From Octopus vulgaris (taxonomy: Eukaryota), in assembly GCA_951406725.2 (NCBI GenBank), contig OX597819.1, positions 96,162,001 through 96,226,000 on the forward strand: a stretch of 64,000 nucleotides of DNA, written 5' to 3'. Within the stretch, counting starts at the first letter, position 1. Every line of letters begins with the position of its first letter. Under the pieces are notes generated by a model that was not told the origin of the DNA, ran no database searches, and was given only the letters and a program-made list of their open reading frames with translations. Made by a program: the position numbers and the translations under genes. Below, piece after piece: positions 22,200 to 35,344 of the stretch.

Positions 22200-22650
22200 T
22201 TAGGACTGAGATGAAAATTCATGTATAGTCGTAGAGTTTAACTATCTTGACGGACTGTAATATCTTTTCCAAAAATCATTGAAAAGGAGAATATTTAAGG
22301 ACGATTGCTCGAAACCCATTTCGGCTGATTGTAATCGTGATCGTATACTTTCGGCCTTTACACAACATTCATGACCATAGGTGAGGATAGGCACGTAAAC
22401 CGAATTGATGACGGTGCGTTACGCGGAGATCAGTGAGTATCTCCCGGTCGAACCGCTGCTTCTCCTTATCGAGAGGTTACAGCTCCGGCGTAACGGACAT
22501 ATAATTAGAATTGCAAGGTGGATCCTTCAAGCCGAGCCAACCGGCGGGAGCCCTCGGGGTAGACCAAGTAGGAGATAGTTTGATAACACCTATAGTGTCA
22601 ATTGATCACTCTTGGGAATCTAGCCGGTAAATGTAGTAATGATTGCAACT
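22200..22650. mobile_element. RTE-clade LINE relic with an inverted segment
   Basis: Minus 22300-22408 reads NSVYVPILTYGHE...IRSRLQSAEMGF; plus from 22409 reads VRYAEISEYLPVEPLLLLIERLQLRRNGH...PTGGSPRGRPSR. These are consecutive RTE C-terminal motifs. Confidence 0.75.
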
Positions 22651-22869
22651 TTTAGGTCTCTATGGAGTAGTGCCTGAGGATTTTACTCGAACAATCCACC
22701 CAAGTATAATGGGCGAAGAAGATTGTTGGATGTTTACTTCGAATGAAGCCTGCAGTTCCTCTACCATGAGTACATTGGGATTAGTAAATGTTGAAGAGAA
22801 AAATCTGAAAAATTTGGATTTTCCGGGATAGAAAGGCCCATTAACACACCACTCTTTACATATTTACAT

Positions 22870-23015
22870 ATTCAACGGGATTTCTCACTATTTCCTTCTA
22901 TGAAATTTGTCGGTCCAGGGCTATAACTGAAGACGTTTGCCAAAAGTGCCGTACAGGGACTGAGTCCAAAACCACGTTGTAACAAAGAGATCTTCTTAAC
23001 CACACAGCCATGCAT
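22870..23015 (-). mobile_element. SINE family B head fragment
   Basis: gctataactgaagac.tttgcc.aa.gtgccg..cag.gactga..cc..aaccac...cttcttaaccacacagccatg. Confidence 0.65.
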
Positions 23016-23139
23016 GCATCTTTGATAATTATATTCATAAGGTTCGTCTTGATCTCTTTATTATTGTGGATGTGGCTAGGTCGTTGTCATGTGTAGGATG
23101 CAAGAGCTACTTTAGAACACTTAATTATCGGTACAGTAC

Positions 23140-24550
23140 TTTCTTCAAACCAATTAAAAAAGATTTTCATTTCTTTCAGGTCCACCATGCCAGATAAAAT
23201 GCTAACAAAAGAAATTAAGACATGCAGTCAGTGTTGCTATATGTGCGGAAACAGCAACTTAGAAATTGCCAACCTCCTTAATGTTGCAAGATTTTTTTTT
23301 TACATAAAATTCGGATAGAACTGGAAACCTCTGTAAGAGATGTTTCATCTCTATAAAGGAAGTAAAAAAGCATATTCTAAAAGTTCGTACACTATAAGAA
23401 CACCGCAAATCATCCAACTGGTTCAAAACGTCATCGGTTATCCAGTCAAAGAAGGCCATCATCAAATAGCTTCAAGTGCCGGAGTGAATTATCAAAACAG
23501 TGGTATACGAGGACATTCAATGCAAATCATATGTAATGAGAAGAGGCCATATCTGTAAGCAAAGACAAAAGAAAATTGTTTGATCTGTGCCAAGCAGTTA
23601 CTTAAGAAGGTTAAATCCTCACGAACACGGCATGCTTTGGTTCTTTCCCGATGATAAAAGGCTTCGATCAAGACCAACAATCTAACTGAAAAATGATAGA
23701 TGGTTACATGTAGACCCTTCTTATGTTCCCATAATAATGCACATTAAGTTTCCAGCAGCTGCAATGGTTTTAGGTGTGGTGAGTAACCGAAATCATGTCA
23801 TGCCACCTTAGATCTTTCTATAGTGTTTTAGACTTAATGCTGTTTGATACGTTGAGATGCTGGAAACAGTTGGTAAGCCCTTAATGGATAAAATACGCAG
23901 TAGAAGGCCATACGTGTTTCAATGAGATTCAGTCACCTTCTCACAAAGCCCACATGATCCAAGAATGGATATCAGATAATCTTTATAATAATCCTTTCTA
24001 CTAAAGGTACAAGGCCTGAAATTTTGGGGAGGGGATAAGTTGATGACATCGATCCCAGTGTTTCACTGGTACTTAATTTATCAACCTCGAAAGGATGTGA
24101 GGCAAAGTCGACATCGGCGGAATTTGAACTCAGAACATAAAGACGGACGAAATGCCGCTAAGCATTTTGCCCGACTTCATAATATTTGTAATGATGTAAC
24201 AACTAAGATGTAGCTTCCAAAATCGCCAGTTTTAAATCCGATGCACTGCTACGTTTGAAGCGGTGTTGAAGAGGAAACTAAAATATATCCTTATAATACC
24301 ATAACCTCACTGCAGGCCAACATTATCCCCAGATAATGACCAAAACGAATAACGACTATTTAACACAGGCATGACATCGATTCCGGCCCTGCATTGAAGT
24401 AGTCGTCAAAACTGAAAGCTGATTCTTATACGAAAGCTTATCGAAAACATGTGTACAAATTTTCATTAAAATGCGTTTGTTTTTTTTGCTGAATTAGAGT
24501 TGTTTCATTAAATTATCAAATACGTCCTCAAATAGCTTTCGCACCCTGTA
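23140..24550 (+). mobile_element. Decayed Tc1/mariner element of DD37D (maT-like) type, with a SINE insertion
   Basis: Remnant motifs LEIANLLNVAR, MVLGVVSN..HVMPP, RPYVFQ*DS and PKSPVLNPMHCYV; terminal ...caccctg-TA at 24550. Confidence 0.75.
23990..24175 (-). mobile_element. SINE family A nested in the mariner relic
   Basis: acaaggcctgaaattttggggagggg...aaggatgtgaggcaaagtcgacatcggcggaatttgaactcagaac. Confidence 0.85.
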
Positions 24551-25333
24551 GTATTTGGTACGTATTTATCGTTGTTCTTTATTTCTTCGTCGAAGTTTCG
24601 GCATATTTTCTAACAGAAATTTGTGGATATGTATTGATTCTGTGGTCACTGGCCACTCAGAAAGGTGCTCAATTGTTTCAGTGTATTATCTCGCCAAGGT
24701 TAACGTTATCTGTTATCATTTCGGGTTCGATAAAATAAAGTACCAATCAAGTAATAAGGTCAATGATGTCGATAAGTCGTTTCCTTTCATATTTCAGGCG
24801 TTGTGTTTTAATTAGAAACGATTATAATTCTTCTTCAGATTCAGGTCAGCTCGGAGTGAGCAGACTTAAGACATATGACTAAATCGCTCTAACCGAAACC
24901 AACCTATCGGCTTTTGTACATCATTAACTATGCTATCCTTCCTTATTTCAAATTGTACGACAGGGATTAAAGAAATTCAGGGACATTTGGCAACTATTTC
25001 TAGTAGGTTGACTGACCACCTAGAGGATCTATCGTTGACTTACGTAAATTTGTTAATATTGATCGAGCAGATTTTTAGTGAAAGGTATTCCAGCCACGAC
25101 TGTCTAGTCTTTCGTTTTGGGTCAAGTATACCTATCGTAGGAATTTCGTCGTTGGCACATATCTGTAAGATCCACATTCTGACATGTCACAAGTTTAACG
25201 CCCACTTCACCAATAAAATAATGTAACCAAAAACAGGTATGAATGTTTGCCGATTAACATCTCACCTTTCTTACTCATCAAACAAATACTGTTTCATTTC
25301 TGAACTCTGACGTCATCTGACGTTCGTCAGCGA

Positions 25334-25405
<72 letters not shown>
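25334..25405. repeat. (TAT)n microsatellite
   Basis: Direct reading. Confidence 0.95.
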
Positions 25406-25617
25406 CGTATAAAAAATTATATGGAACAGTGTTTGTTGCTCAATCCTCTCACGTACCGAGAAATTATTGACCAATCACACAAACTGATGTCGCTTGCTAT
25501 AAAACGTTTATTTAATCGTTACTTTATATTACAGTGATGTGTGAATCACATTTCCGTTAAACTTTTCTAGTTATAAATGGAATTGAAATAGAAATAACAA
25601 CAACAACAGCAATAATG

Positions 25618-27265
25618 TTTTTTATTGGCCACAAGGGCTGCAAAAACAATTTAGGACAATATAAGGACAAAGTACAGTAGAGATTTATATAATGACGTGT
25701 AAGTAATAAAGCAATAACAGCAAACAAGAAAATTCCTCAACAGGGGTTGTTTTATTACCCATGTGTAAACAATGATCTCTACAAATCTTGGATCACTCTG
25801 ACCAGCAAGAGTTTCGCTAGGAGGTGCACCTCTCTTCCACCCGTTCTCTCCACCCTTCAGGTGCAAGATTCACCCACTCGGGCCATCCTCGCCGCATTCA
25901 CCCACCCTTCAACAAATTTACTGGAAAACAGTATTTCCCTCGACCCATACCTTCCTTTTAAAATAGCTTTAAAAAAGTAGATGAGCGCTTGGCAGAAGAG
26001 GCAAGTACCTGTCTCCAGTCTTTCAGTTTTGTTCACTACACAACCTTTTTCACGATAGCCACCAGGCAGAGGTAAAGTTGCCTGCCCTTTCCGGTCAGAA
26101 GAAAGTCGGTCGAGAGTCGGATCCGACTATGCACGATAGTAGCTATTCAACATAAATCTACGAGTCATCAATGCTCGAGTACTGCATTCTACTCACATCT
26201 CAGACAATCGTGTTTGTAGAGCTTATCCCGTATCGGTAGTATCCACTTCTCAGACTAAGGATTTCTGGAAATTATCCATAGGGTTTGGACTGAAAGTCCT
26301 CCAGAACAGTTGATCCTTGTCAACATCCAAAATCTCCTCCACGATGTCATCGTTCTTGTCCGCTACTGATTCCTTATTGAACGTCATATTATAGCTTCTA
26401 TTGAAAGTATTGCCTGACAAACCGAGATCTGCGAGTACCTGAAGAAATGCTGGGTGCCAGGTGCCCTGTTCGGTTTACACTTGATCCAGGACTGTAGCTC
26501 TGCTCTCCAAAAAAAGAACAAACAAACCGTAGAAAAGTTAGTCTGACAAAACGCCCACACCTGGTCAAGGAGGTACTGGAGATGTTACAGCCTCTGTGCA
26601 TGTCTGCGTATCATTAAACATGTTTTATGCCCAGCCATCCATGCAGTGGGTGCTAACAGCAAAAGGACCATCTGACTAGTGGAACCAATTCCATCCTGGT
26701 CAGTCATGAAGTACGGCAGGACAGTCAGGCAGTAGTAGATGACGGATGCGATCTAGCGTTTCACCTCCTCCGTCCTACCCTTTCAGGGATAGTTTCCTCT
26801 CTGCCAATTTCTAGATGAGATTGCTCAACCTACTCGTCACCTTACTCTAGTTTTTGTCCACTTAGAAGAGCAAACCAAATTCCCAGGAGTTTAATCGGTC
26901 TGTTCGCCCACCGGCTTTTCCTTGTTAGTTTTTCGGCACTTTTACAGTGACGTCGTTCACCTATGCTGACACAGCTCTTCCTAGTTCACGCAGCATACCT
27001 CTTGAAATCTTTTACTTCTACGGTTGTTGTCCGAATGCCAGCGCGTACAGAAGGCGCAAACAAAGAAGCCTTAATAAACAGAACGTATGATAGTGAACGG
27101 TTCCAATATATAGCCATTTAATTTGACCATCGAGCAGATCCAACTTTTGTAGATGGGACCGAAACCAACCACTGTAAGGACAACTGTCAAATGTTGATGG
27201 TCGACACTATCGAATGCTTTCAATTGATGTAAATTGATAAGTTGTCAGATGAGGTGGGGTGTCTT
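25618..27265 (-). mobile_element. L1/Tx1-clade LINE relic (3' part, heavily decayed)
   Basis: Minus remnants LINLHQLKAFDSVDHQ (RT motif), AERKLSLKGR (L1-type W..R.LS..GR), IASVIYY.LTVLP and FVEGWVNAAR; 3' end ...gcccttgtggccaataaaaaa. Confidence 0.78.
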
Positions 27266-28175
27266 TTAAAAACAGATTACAATTTTTTGGAGTGTGTTTA
27301 TATAAACTGATTTAAGGGGAGAAGATTTTGGGAGAAATATAATAAAAAACATACATAGTTTACAAACTACATGGTTACATGGATAATGCAGTCCTCCTGG
27401 TACAGATATACAACGTAGAGTCAATCAAAGAACTTCACAGATCTAAGATTATCCTGACCAACAAGGTACGAGCCTTCGCCTTACTGTTCTCCAATTCACA
27501 GGTACATAGAATAGCTCTATTCATGGTAACCATTTTAGCTCAAATAAATATTTTTTTACGTAATAATTACAGTATATTCATTTTAAACAATGGTACAAAG
27601 CGACAGATTTTAGGGGAGAATATAATAAATTAGGGTTTGAAATTGTGCTGTATTTTATTGATCTCGGAAGAATATAAAGCAAAGGTCGACCTCACCGAAA
27701 TTGTTCCGGAATAGTAAATTTTGCTAGTTTTGGTTGAAAGTCCCGAGATCGTCGGCGTTAATATCTGCTACTAGTTCTGTATGGAGTGCTCGTCTGTACA
27801 TGCTACTGAGAACATTGGCCGATCGGTAGACGACTATGGGTAAACTAATTATAGACTACACTTGATCTATAAATGCAACTCCAGCAAAGAGTTGTGGAGG
27901 AACGTGATTCACAAAGCCACGATACTTGGGTATATAAACCGTCGTAGAAAGTATCAAAAAGACCCCTGGCAAGCAGACTTGACCCTTTCACAAGAAGGAA
28001 GAGTAAAGATTGTTGGCTGGGTGCATTCAGGTGCAGAGAACGACAGTCAGGCGATACTAAATTACGGAGACGAAGGAGACGTTCGCCATTTCCGCTCGAC
28101 ATTTCAAGGATAGCTTGAGTAAAGCTGTAAGCTTAAATACAAAGTCATAGACGCTTTTGGACACACTGCGGGGTG

Positions 28176-28239
<64 letters not shown>

Positions 28240-29342
28240 GCGTGTGCACACACACACACACAGAGAAGCGTGTGCACACACACATATCTTTGTGTGTATT
28301 TGCGTCCGTCATATGTTTAACAAAAACAACACCAGCCCCAAAACCATTCATGTTGTTGTTTCTGTAGTTTTTTATTACGTCTCTTAACTTAATGGTTTGG
28401 CAAAAAGTGAACGATAAAATAAGTAGTAGACTGCATTTATTTGTCAACATAGACCATTACCGGATTCCTTAGATTTAAGCTAATACAACCAAAGTATGTT
28501 TACTAATGGCTTTTCCCAATGACTCCGTCTAACATTGTCTAAGTAAACATTGTCGGTACAGAAAGAATTTAATTTGTTGACTTTGAACTCCAACGATGTG
28601 AATTGCGACATTTCGTGAAACATCAGCAGAGGAATAAAACATTGGAGGAACACGTTTGTATTAAATGTATTTATAGAATGTTGGTCATTTAAGTTCAGTC
28701 TGGTCAAATCAAATATATAGAATAATGGAATTAAACATACGTTTGCCATCTGACACGTTTGACACATGTACACGCACACACATATACACATGCATACATT
28801 TACTCTTACACACATATTTACACATGCAAACACTTATACAGACATGGATCTGTACTGATGTTCTGGTAATCTTCTTAACAGTCGTCAAACAAACGGTAGT
28901 GTGCCATTGATATTACTGACATGGAAATTAAAGAGAATTTTCAATGTATCTATGACGTGTAGTTTCCTCGACAACACAGCAACAGATCTGAGAGAAATAT
29001 GACGAGAATTAACAAACTGAAAACTGTAATCAAGTAATAATACTAGTGACGTGTTGTTTAAAAAAACAAAAAAAAACTGGGGAATATGTGAAATAAAATA
29101 TGACTATCTACATCTACATGTATGTATGTATGTATGTATGTATGTATGTATGTATGTATGTATGTATGTATGTATGTATGTATGTATGTATGTGTGTGTG
29201 TGTGTGTGTTTGTGCATGTGTTTACATCAAGGGGGCATTTTATTGCACTGTGTTACACAGAATCAAATAAATCCAACGGTGAAACATATAAGAACTAAAT
29301 ATTTATACCGGTATTTATATATTTTTTTTTTGTTTTTTTGTT

Positions 29343-29552
29343 TTTCCAGTTTCAGCTTTTGAGCTGTGGCCATGCTGGGGCACCGCCATTGTGGTGAAAG
29401 AGTACAGCAGGGATCACCACCCCCTGCCGGAGCCTCGTAGAGCTTTTAGGTGTTTTTTCGCTCAATAAACACACACAACGCCCGGTCTGAGAATCGAAAC
29501 CGCGATCCTGCGACCGCGAGTCCGCTGCCCTAACCACTAGGCCATTGCGCCT

Positions 29553-29555
<3 letters not shown>
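29343..29555 (-). mobile_element. tRNA-derived SINE with CR1-LINE-like 3' tail
   Basis: Head tggaggcgcaatggcctagtggttagggcagcggactcgcggtcgcaggatcgcggtttcgattc; tail ggcggtgccccagcatggccacagctcaaaagctgaaactgg plus A-rich end. Confidence 0.85.
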
Positions 29556-29810
<255 letters not shown>

Positions 29811-30155
29811 ATGCCAATACTTAATATCAACTTCATAACGAGCATTTCAAAGTTCCTGCACAGTTATCGGACACCATATGCCGCCATACAGCAGGATTAC
29901 TCCTTTTACTGCATACAGATGTGGAAATCCATCAGTGTGCATAAAATTTATATAAAAATTGACAAGAACAGTAAGATGGTATGAACCGGCTTAAAAACGA
30001 TGGGAAACTGAAAGTGCCGGTATATAACTGACGTTGGATTATATCAATTTATGTAATTATTCACAAAATACTTTATATAATTATATAAGATAGAAAACTC
30101 ATGTATGTATGATTGTATGTATGTGTGTGTGTGTATGTGTGTTTGTGTGTGTATG

Positions 30156-30224
<69 letters not shown>

Positions 30225-30232
30225 TTTATAGA

Positions 30233-30289
30233 AGGAGCTTCTACAGGACTAGTACTGTTTCATTCAAATGAAATCATCAGGAAGCTCCT
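30233..30289 (-). ncRNA. Type I hammerhead ribozyme motif (minus strand)
   Basis: AGGAGCTTC-CTGATGA-TTTCATTTGAAT-GAAA-CAG-TACTAGTC-CTG-TA-GAAGCTCCT: 9-bp helix I, ACAG/CTGT helix III, GUA triplet. Confidence 0.75.
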
Positions 30290-30342
30290 GAGCTTCCTGA
30301 TGATTTCATTTGAATGAAACAGTACTAGTCCTGTAGAAACTC
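30290..30342 (+). ncRNA. Type I hammerhead ribozyme motif (plus strand)
   Basis: GAGCTTC-CTGATGA-TTTCATTTGAAT-GAAA-CAG-TACTAGTC-CTG-TA-GAAACTC; helix I has one mismatch. Confidence 0.7.
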
Positions 30343-30447
30343 CTTCTATAAAATAAATTAATTTACTCTGCAATGTATTGAGTACCTTATTTACTGTGGT
30401 TAACCCCGACTCAACCCGGGACCTACATATATATATATATATATATA

Positions 30448-30667
30448 CTCTTTTACACGTTTCAGTCATTTGACGGCGGACATGCTGGAGCACCGCCTTT
30501 AGTCGAAGAAATCGACCCCAGGATTTATTCTTTGTGAATCTAGTACTTATTCTATTGGTGTCTTTTGCCGAACAACTAAGTTTCGGTGATATAAACACAC
30601 CAGCATCGATTGTCAAGCGATGGTGGTGCTGGTGGGGGAAAACGCAGACACAAAGAAACGCGCGCAC

Positions 30668-30708
<41 letters not shown>

Positions 30709-30908
30709 TACACACACACACTCACACACACACACATATGTACACGACAAGCTTCTTTCAGTTTCCGTCTATCAAATCCACTCACAAGTCTTTGGTCGGC
30801 CCGAGGCTATAGTAGAAGACACTTGACCAAGGTGCCATGTAGTGGGACTGCACCTGGAACCATGTGGTTAGGAAGCAAGCTTCTTATCCCATAGCAACGT
30901 CTGCGCCT
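30448..30908 (-). mobile_element. SINE family B, full length with internal (CA)n
   Basis: tRNA-like head, central aagtgtcttctactatagcctcgggccgacc and tail ggcggtgctccagcatgtccgccgtcaaatgactgaaac. Confidence 0.9.
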
Positions 30909-30929
30909 ATACATTTATATATATATATT

Positions 30930-31000
<71 letters not shown>

Positions 31001-31218
31001 GGGAGAGAGAGAGAGGGAGAGAGAGAGAGGGAGAGAGAGAGGGAGAGAGAGCGAGTTTCTTACCATTTCAATTTCCAGGTGACTGTTTTTAGTTTTCAGT
31101 TTTATAAAATTTAGGTAGTGTTCATTCTTTTCCGTTTGTAGCTATTTTACCATTAGTAAGTGTTCAATTATCTTGTTAGGATGTTGTATTATTGTTCTCA
31201 CGTTGAAGCTCTTCAGTA

Positions 31219-31529
31219 GTTTGTTCGTTTTTTGTTCCTTCTCGAGTCATTCCTGGCTCATAAGGGCCGGTTTCCCGGTTTCTTGGCGTATAGGTTCCCC
31301 ACCTGGACGGGACGCCGGTCCGTCTCAGATGAGCTGCAAGATGCAGGAAGAAAGAGTGAGAGAAAGTTGTGGCGAAAGAATCAGCAGAAGTTCGCCATTA
31401 CCTTCTGCTGGAGCCGCGTGGAGCTTAGGTGTTTCGCTCATAAACACACACATCGCCCGGTCTGAGATTCGAACCGGCGATCCCTCGACCGCGAGTCCAC
31501 TGCTCTAACCACTAGGCCATGTGCCCCCA
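31219..31529 (-). mobile_element. tRNA-derived SINE with 10-bp target-site duplication
   Basis: Head ggcacatggcctagtggttagagcag...ggttcgaatc; CTCTTCAGTA at 31209-31218 and 31530-31539. Confidence 0.9.
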
Positions 31530-33399
31530 CTCTTCAGTACTTTAATCCCCATTCGTTAATTTCATTATTGTACCCGGTTTCTCAAAATTGCCATTTGTTT
31601 GCATTTCTTAATTCGTATCTGTCTGGATACTACTGTATACTTATTGGCCCATTCAACGGTCGTTTCTGTCTCGTTTGGTCAATTTTAATATTACACTGGT
31701 TGCACCAAATTGTTATCCAACGTTGATTCTATAAGGCAGTCTACCTGATATTGACAAACTTTATTATTCTATTGTAGCATTCATGTATTTCTGCCTTGAA
31801 TCTGTAGAGGGTGCTTTTTAGTTACTAAAGTTTTGCAGTTTTGCTGTCATGTACTTTGTATCTGAAGCCTCAATTTTGTTACGTTTCTTTCATTGGTTAA
31901 TTTGTTGTTCTTTTGGGTTCACCATAGGCCTGCCATCTCTACCACCTCTTCTGATTTTATGTCATTGGATTCTTACCGTTTGTAATTAGGACAAGTGTTT
32001 AAAAATGAATTTTTAATGTATTTGCAACATGATTTCACCTTATTTATCCTACTGGAGTCATTTACGCAGTGGTTGGACTGCCTTTTTCTACCCACTTTAC
32101 TTTTATATTATATTTTTCTCATTTAGATTCTGATAGATGTGTTGCATTCCTTAAATGTAATTACGGAACGAATTTTTGTGTTGTTAGTATCTGACATTGA
32201 ATGTTTATTTTTCTCTCCAATGTAGTTTTTATACGTTTATCTAACTTGTAGTACTGCAGTAGATTATTTCTATATTGTAAAATTTCAGCTAATTTCATAT
32301 ACTATGACTCCTTAAAAAGGTGGCTCATAGTCCGAAGAATCTTATATGTATGGATTAGAAATATGATCTAGCATTTACATTCTGAAACCGATCATTATAT
32401 CGTAGATGAGTTATTTTATTACTTCGAAAAATATTGTACAGAAAAAAATGTCTACAGTATTTATTGAGAAAGATCAAATATTCCCTTGTTATTTTATCAT
32501 TAACTTTATATTTCGAGCTAATTAAAAATACTTGCTTCGAACAGAGAATCCTATAGTAATAGGTCGATGTTATTCAAAACACCAAATCACATATGTTACT
32601 TTAAGATTTTTTCTGATTGAAAGCAAGACAATTAGTCCTGTAAAAACATATTTCGGATCAGTTGGAGATAAAAACTGAAAATTGCATTTTTAAAAAAATT
32701 AAAACAAAACAAAAATGGGAAATTATTGTAAATGTCATGAGGTCTTATAGCATTTCAATGTAGCATTTTTTTTTGGTGGAAGTTTTAAAGATGACTTTCA
32801 CTTTTAGAATTCTAGTTGACTATCAGAAAGAAGATCATTAGTATTCACAGCCACATTTACGTATAGTGTTGTAGAATTATTTCTGCTTTTGTGATGGTGT
32901 TAAATTTTTAGAGTTGATAAGTGTGTGTGCATGTTTGTATGTGTGTGTTTGCATGTGTGTGGGGAGAGAGAGAAAGAGAGAAATAGAGAAAGAAAGAAAG
33001 ACATAGAGTAAAAAAGGAGAGAGAGACTTGTAGTGTCAAGAAGTTAATATATGCGTGTGGCGTTGTAAAAATACTATTGCAGACGTTAGAGGTTAGAGGG
33101 AGCAAGATAAAGAACGATAAATATTAAAGAAATATAAGAGTGATATGGAGTGCGCTATACGTATGAAAATGAAGTGACACAGTGGTATAGTTGTCAAGAA
33201 AGCTAAAACTTTATATAAGAAACATCAATTATAAGCTTAAAAGGAGAAAAAGAATATGTAAATAAAGAATCTAAACAAATGGAAGATGACTTAAGAATAC
33301 ACTGATCAATGTCGTGTTTCCAAGACCGGAATACGAAATAATCACAGACATACCGTGGAAATTTGAATTAATTCGTTTTTTACTATGTCACAGGCATAA

Positions 33400-34500
33400 A
33401 CAGAGAACTGGTAAACTCATAAAGAGTAGTGAACTGCTCCATATACTCTTAATAGTAAACAAGTATAAATACAGTAAACTAGTACATAGACAATTTACAG
33501 GCAAAAAGATAGCAGACTAGTAGACTAGTAAACGGATATATATAGTGTGATTGGTATGTAGAGAGTAATTGTTATATAGACAGTAAACAAAAATATAGAC
33601 AGTGGACCAGTACAGACTGTAAACTGATATGCAGACAGTAAACTGGTATGTAAATAGTAAATAATTTGCTATGTAGATAGTAAACGGATATATGAGCAGG
33701 AAAGTAGTATAAAAACAATAAACTGGGACATAGTAGTAGATTTGTGTATAAACTAGCGCGTAAATTTACTTTTATAAGGTAGACTGTTATATAGACGACA
33801 CATTGAGGATCTTTACCTTTTGACCGATAGATTAAAAAAATATTTTTTTGTAACTGAACACTTTCAAACTTCGTATACTGATAGAATGTATCACATACAT
33901 AAAACATCTTTTACTCTTGGCGTTGTTGAGAAAATTCTGTATTTTGGTAGTTATTTCTTGTTAAAGTTGTCGTATTTCGGTAATTTCAACCAATCAATGA
34001 TGTGTATTCAGCTGAATAAAATTACTGCCGTTGTTTGTCAACAACAACTTCCGGCGGTGTATATTTTGTTTGTCACGGTTATTTATGACATATTTCATCT
34101 CAGTTACGTTTGTATGAATAAAGGTAAAGATCCCAAATTGATATATACACTGTAAAACGGTATATGGACAGTAAACTTCTATATGAAAAATAAACTATTA
34201 GAAAGATAGTAAACTGGTATATAAACACAAAAGCGGTCTATAGAACGTAAGTTACTGTAGAAACAGTAAACTGATATATTGACCATTAAATGTTATATAG
34301 ACAGTAATTTCGTATATATACGGTAAACACTTTTAGAGACAGTAAACTGGTATGCAGAGAGTAAACAGGTACACATAGAACAATCTGGCATCTAGACAGT
34401 CAAGTGGTTTATTGAAAGTAATGTTATATTTAAAATGAACTGGTATATAAATAGTACATTGGTGTGTAGACAATATACAGGTATGCAGATAGTAAATCAA
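33400..34500. repeat. Degenerate ~20-bp tandem repeat region (tatatagacagtaaactgg-like)
   Basis: Recurring (c/t)agtaaact(g/a)gta and tagacagtaaa in two blocks, ~33420-33800 and ~34140-34500. Confidence 0.65.
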
Positions 34501-34739
34501 ACAAACAACACGCATTTATTAACAATTCATTTTGAAATTATATAGTGAAAATTTTGAAATGCCATGTACATATAAATGATAAAGGCTGCTTGTTCGCAAT
34601 TTTACAACCGAAACTCAGTCTTTAAGATAAGGTGCTTCTTTTGGCTATGAGTTGTTTTAACTCTTATTTCTAGCAATACTAGTGTCCTCAGTCGCTTTAG
34701 TGACGTATATGTGTGTTTATATATATATATATATATAAT

Positions 34740-34962
34740 TTAGGATAAAATTTTTCGAAAAAAAATTCTATCAATGGCCAGCATATTAAAAATTACCTTT
34801 AAAGGTTAAATTTATAAACAATTAATAAGTAAGGGCAAAAGAAAAAAAATTTCTAATGCCAAAATATGCCGAAAATAGACACAACGTCAATAACCATGTA
34901 ATTTATCACTACAAGCACGCGTTTCGAAGAAAGCCGACAGAAATTTCTAAAAAATCCCGTTA
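34740..34962 (-). repeat. Copy of the 20188-20750 tandem-unit family
   Basis: tcaatggccagcatattaaaaa...aagggcaaa...tttctaatgcca...gacagaaatttctaaaaaa. Confidence 0.85.
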
Positions 34963-34967
34963 TATAT

Positions 34968-35159
34968 ATATAGTCAATTCAAATAAATGAGTAAAATTAA
35001 CGGACAAGACGATGTGCACAAGAAATGTATTAGCTTGATGCTCCGTGAAAAGAGAGAGATTGACGTTTCGAGCAAAACTCTTCGTTGGAAAGGAAAAAGG
35101 GAAAAGTCCAAAGAAGGAAAAGAAATTGCCAACAAGTGTGTAATTACGTTGCTGAAGTG

Positions 35160-35165
<6 letters not shown>
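34968..35165 (-). mobile_element. Short Penelope-like element with decayed minimal hammerhead
   Basis: Reverse match to 8232-8436; minus strand CCAACGA-A-GAGT-TTT-GCTC-GAAACGTC. Confidence 0.6.
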
Positions 35166-35249
<84 letters not shown>

Positions 35250-35344
35250 ATGAGGAGGTGCTGAAAGGTTCCCGGCTTTAAGGGCATCGCGAAAAGCCTG
35301 GTTAGAGGCCTAACCTTCCGAGTTCTTTTACAGGGGTTACAAGA

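Larger units (their letters stand above)
30219..30358. repeat. Near-perfect palindrome (69-bp arms, 2-nt spacer, 1 mismatch)
   Basis: 30219-30287 is the reverse complement of 30290-30358. Confidence 0.95.

Noticed and set aside
27760-28113. 83-aa ORF with normal composition
   Set aside because: No splice or homology support; faint resemblance to an RTE C-terminus, too weak to call either way.
31050-31960. Possible Penelope GIY-YIG relic around the 31219 SINE
   Set aside because: Only vague residue patterns; no motif could be read with confidence.
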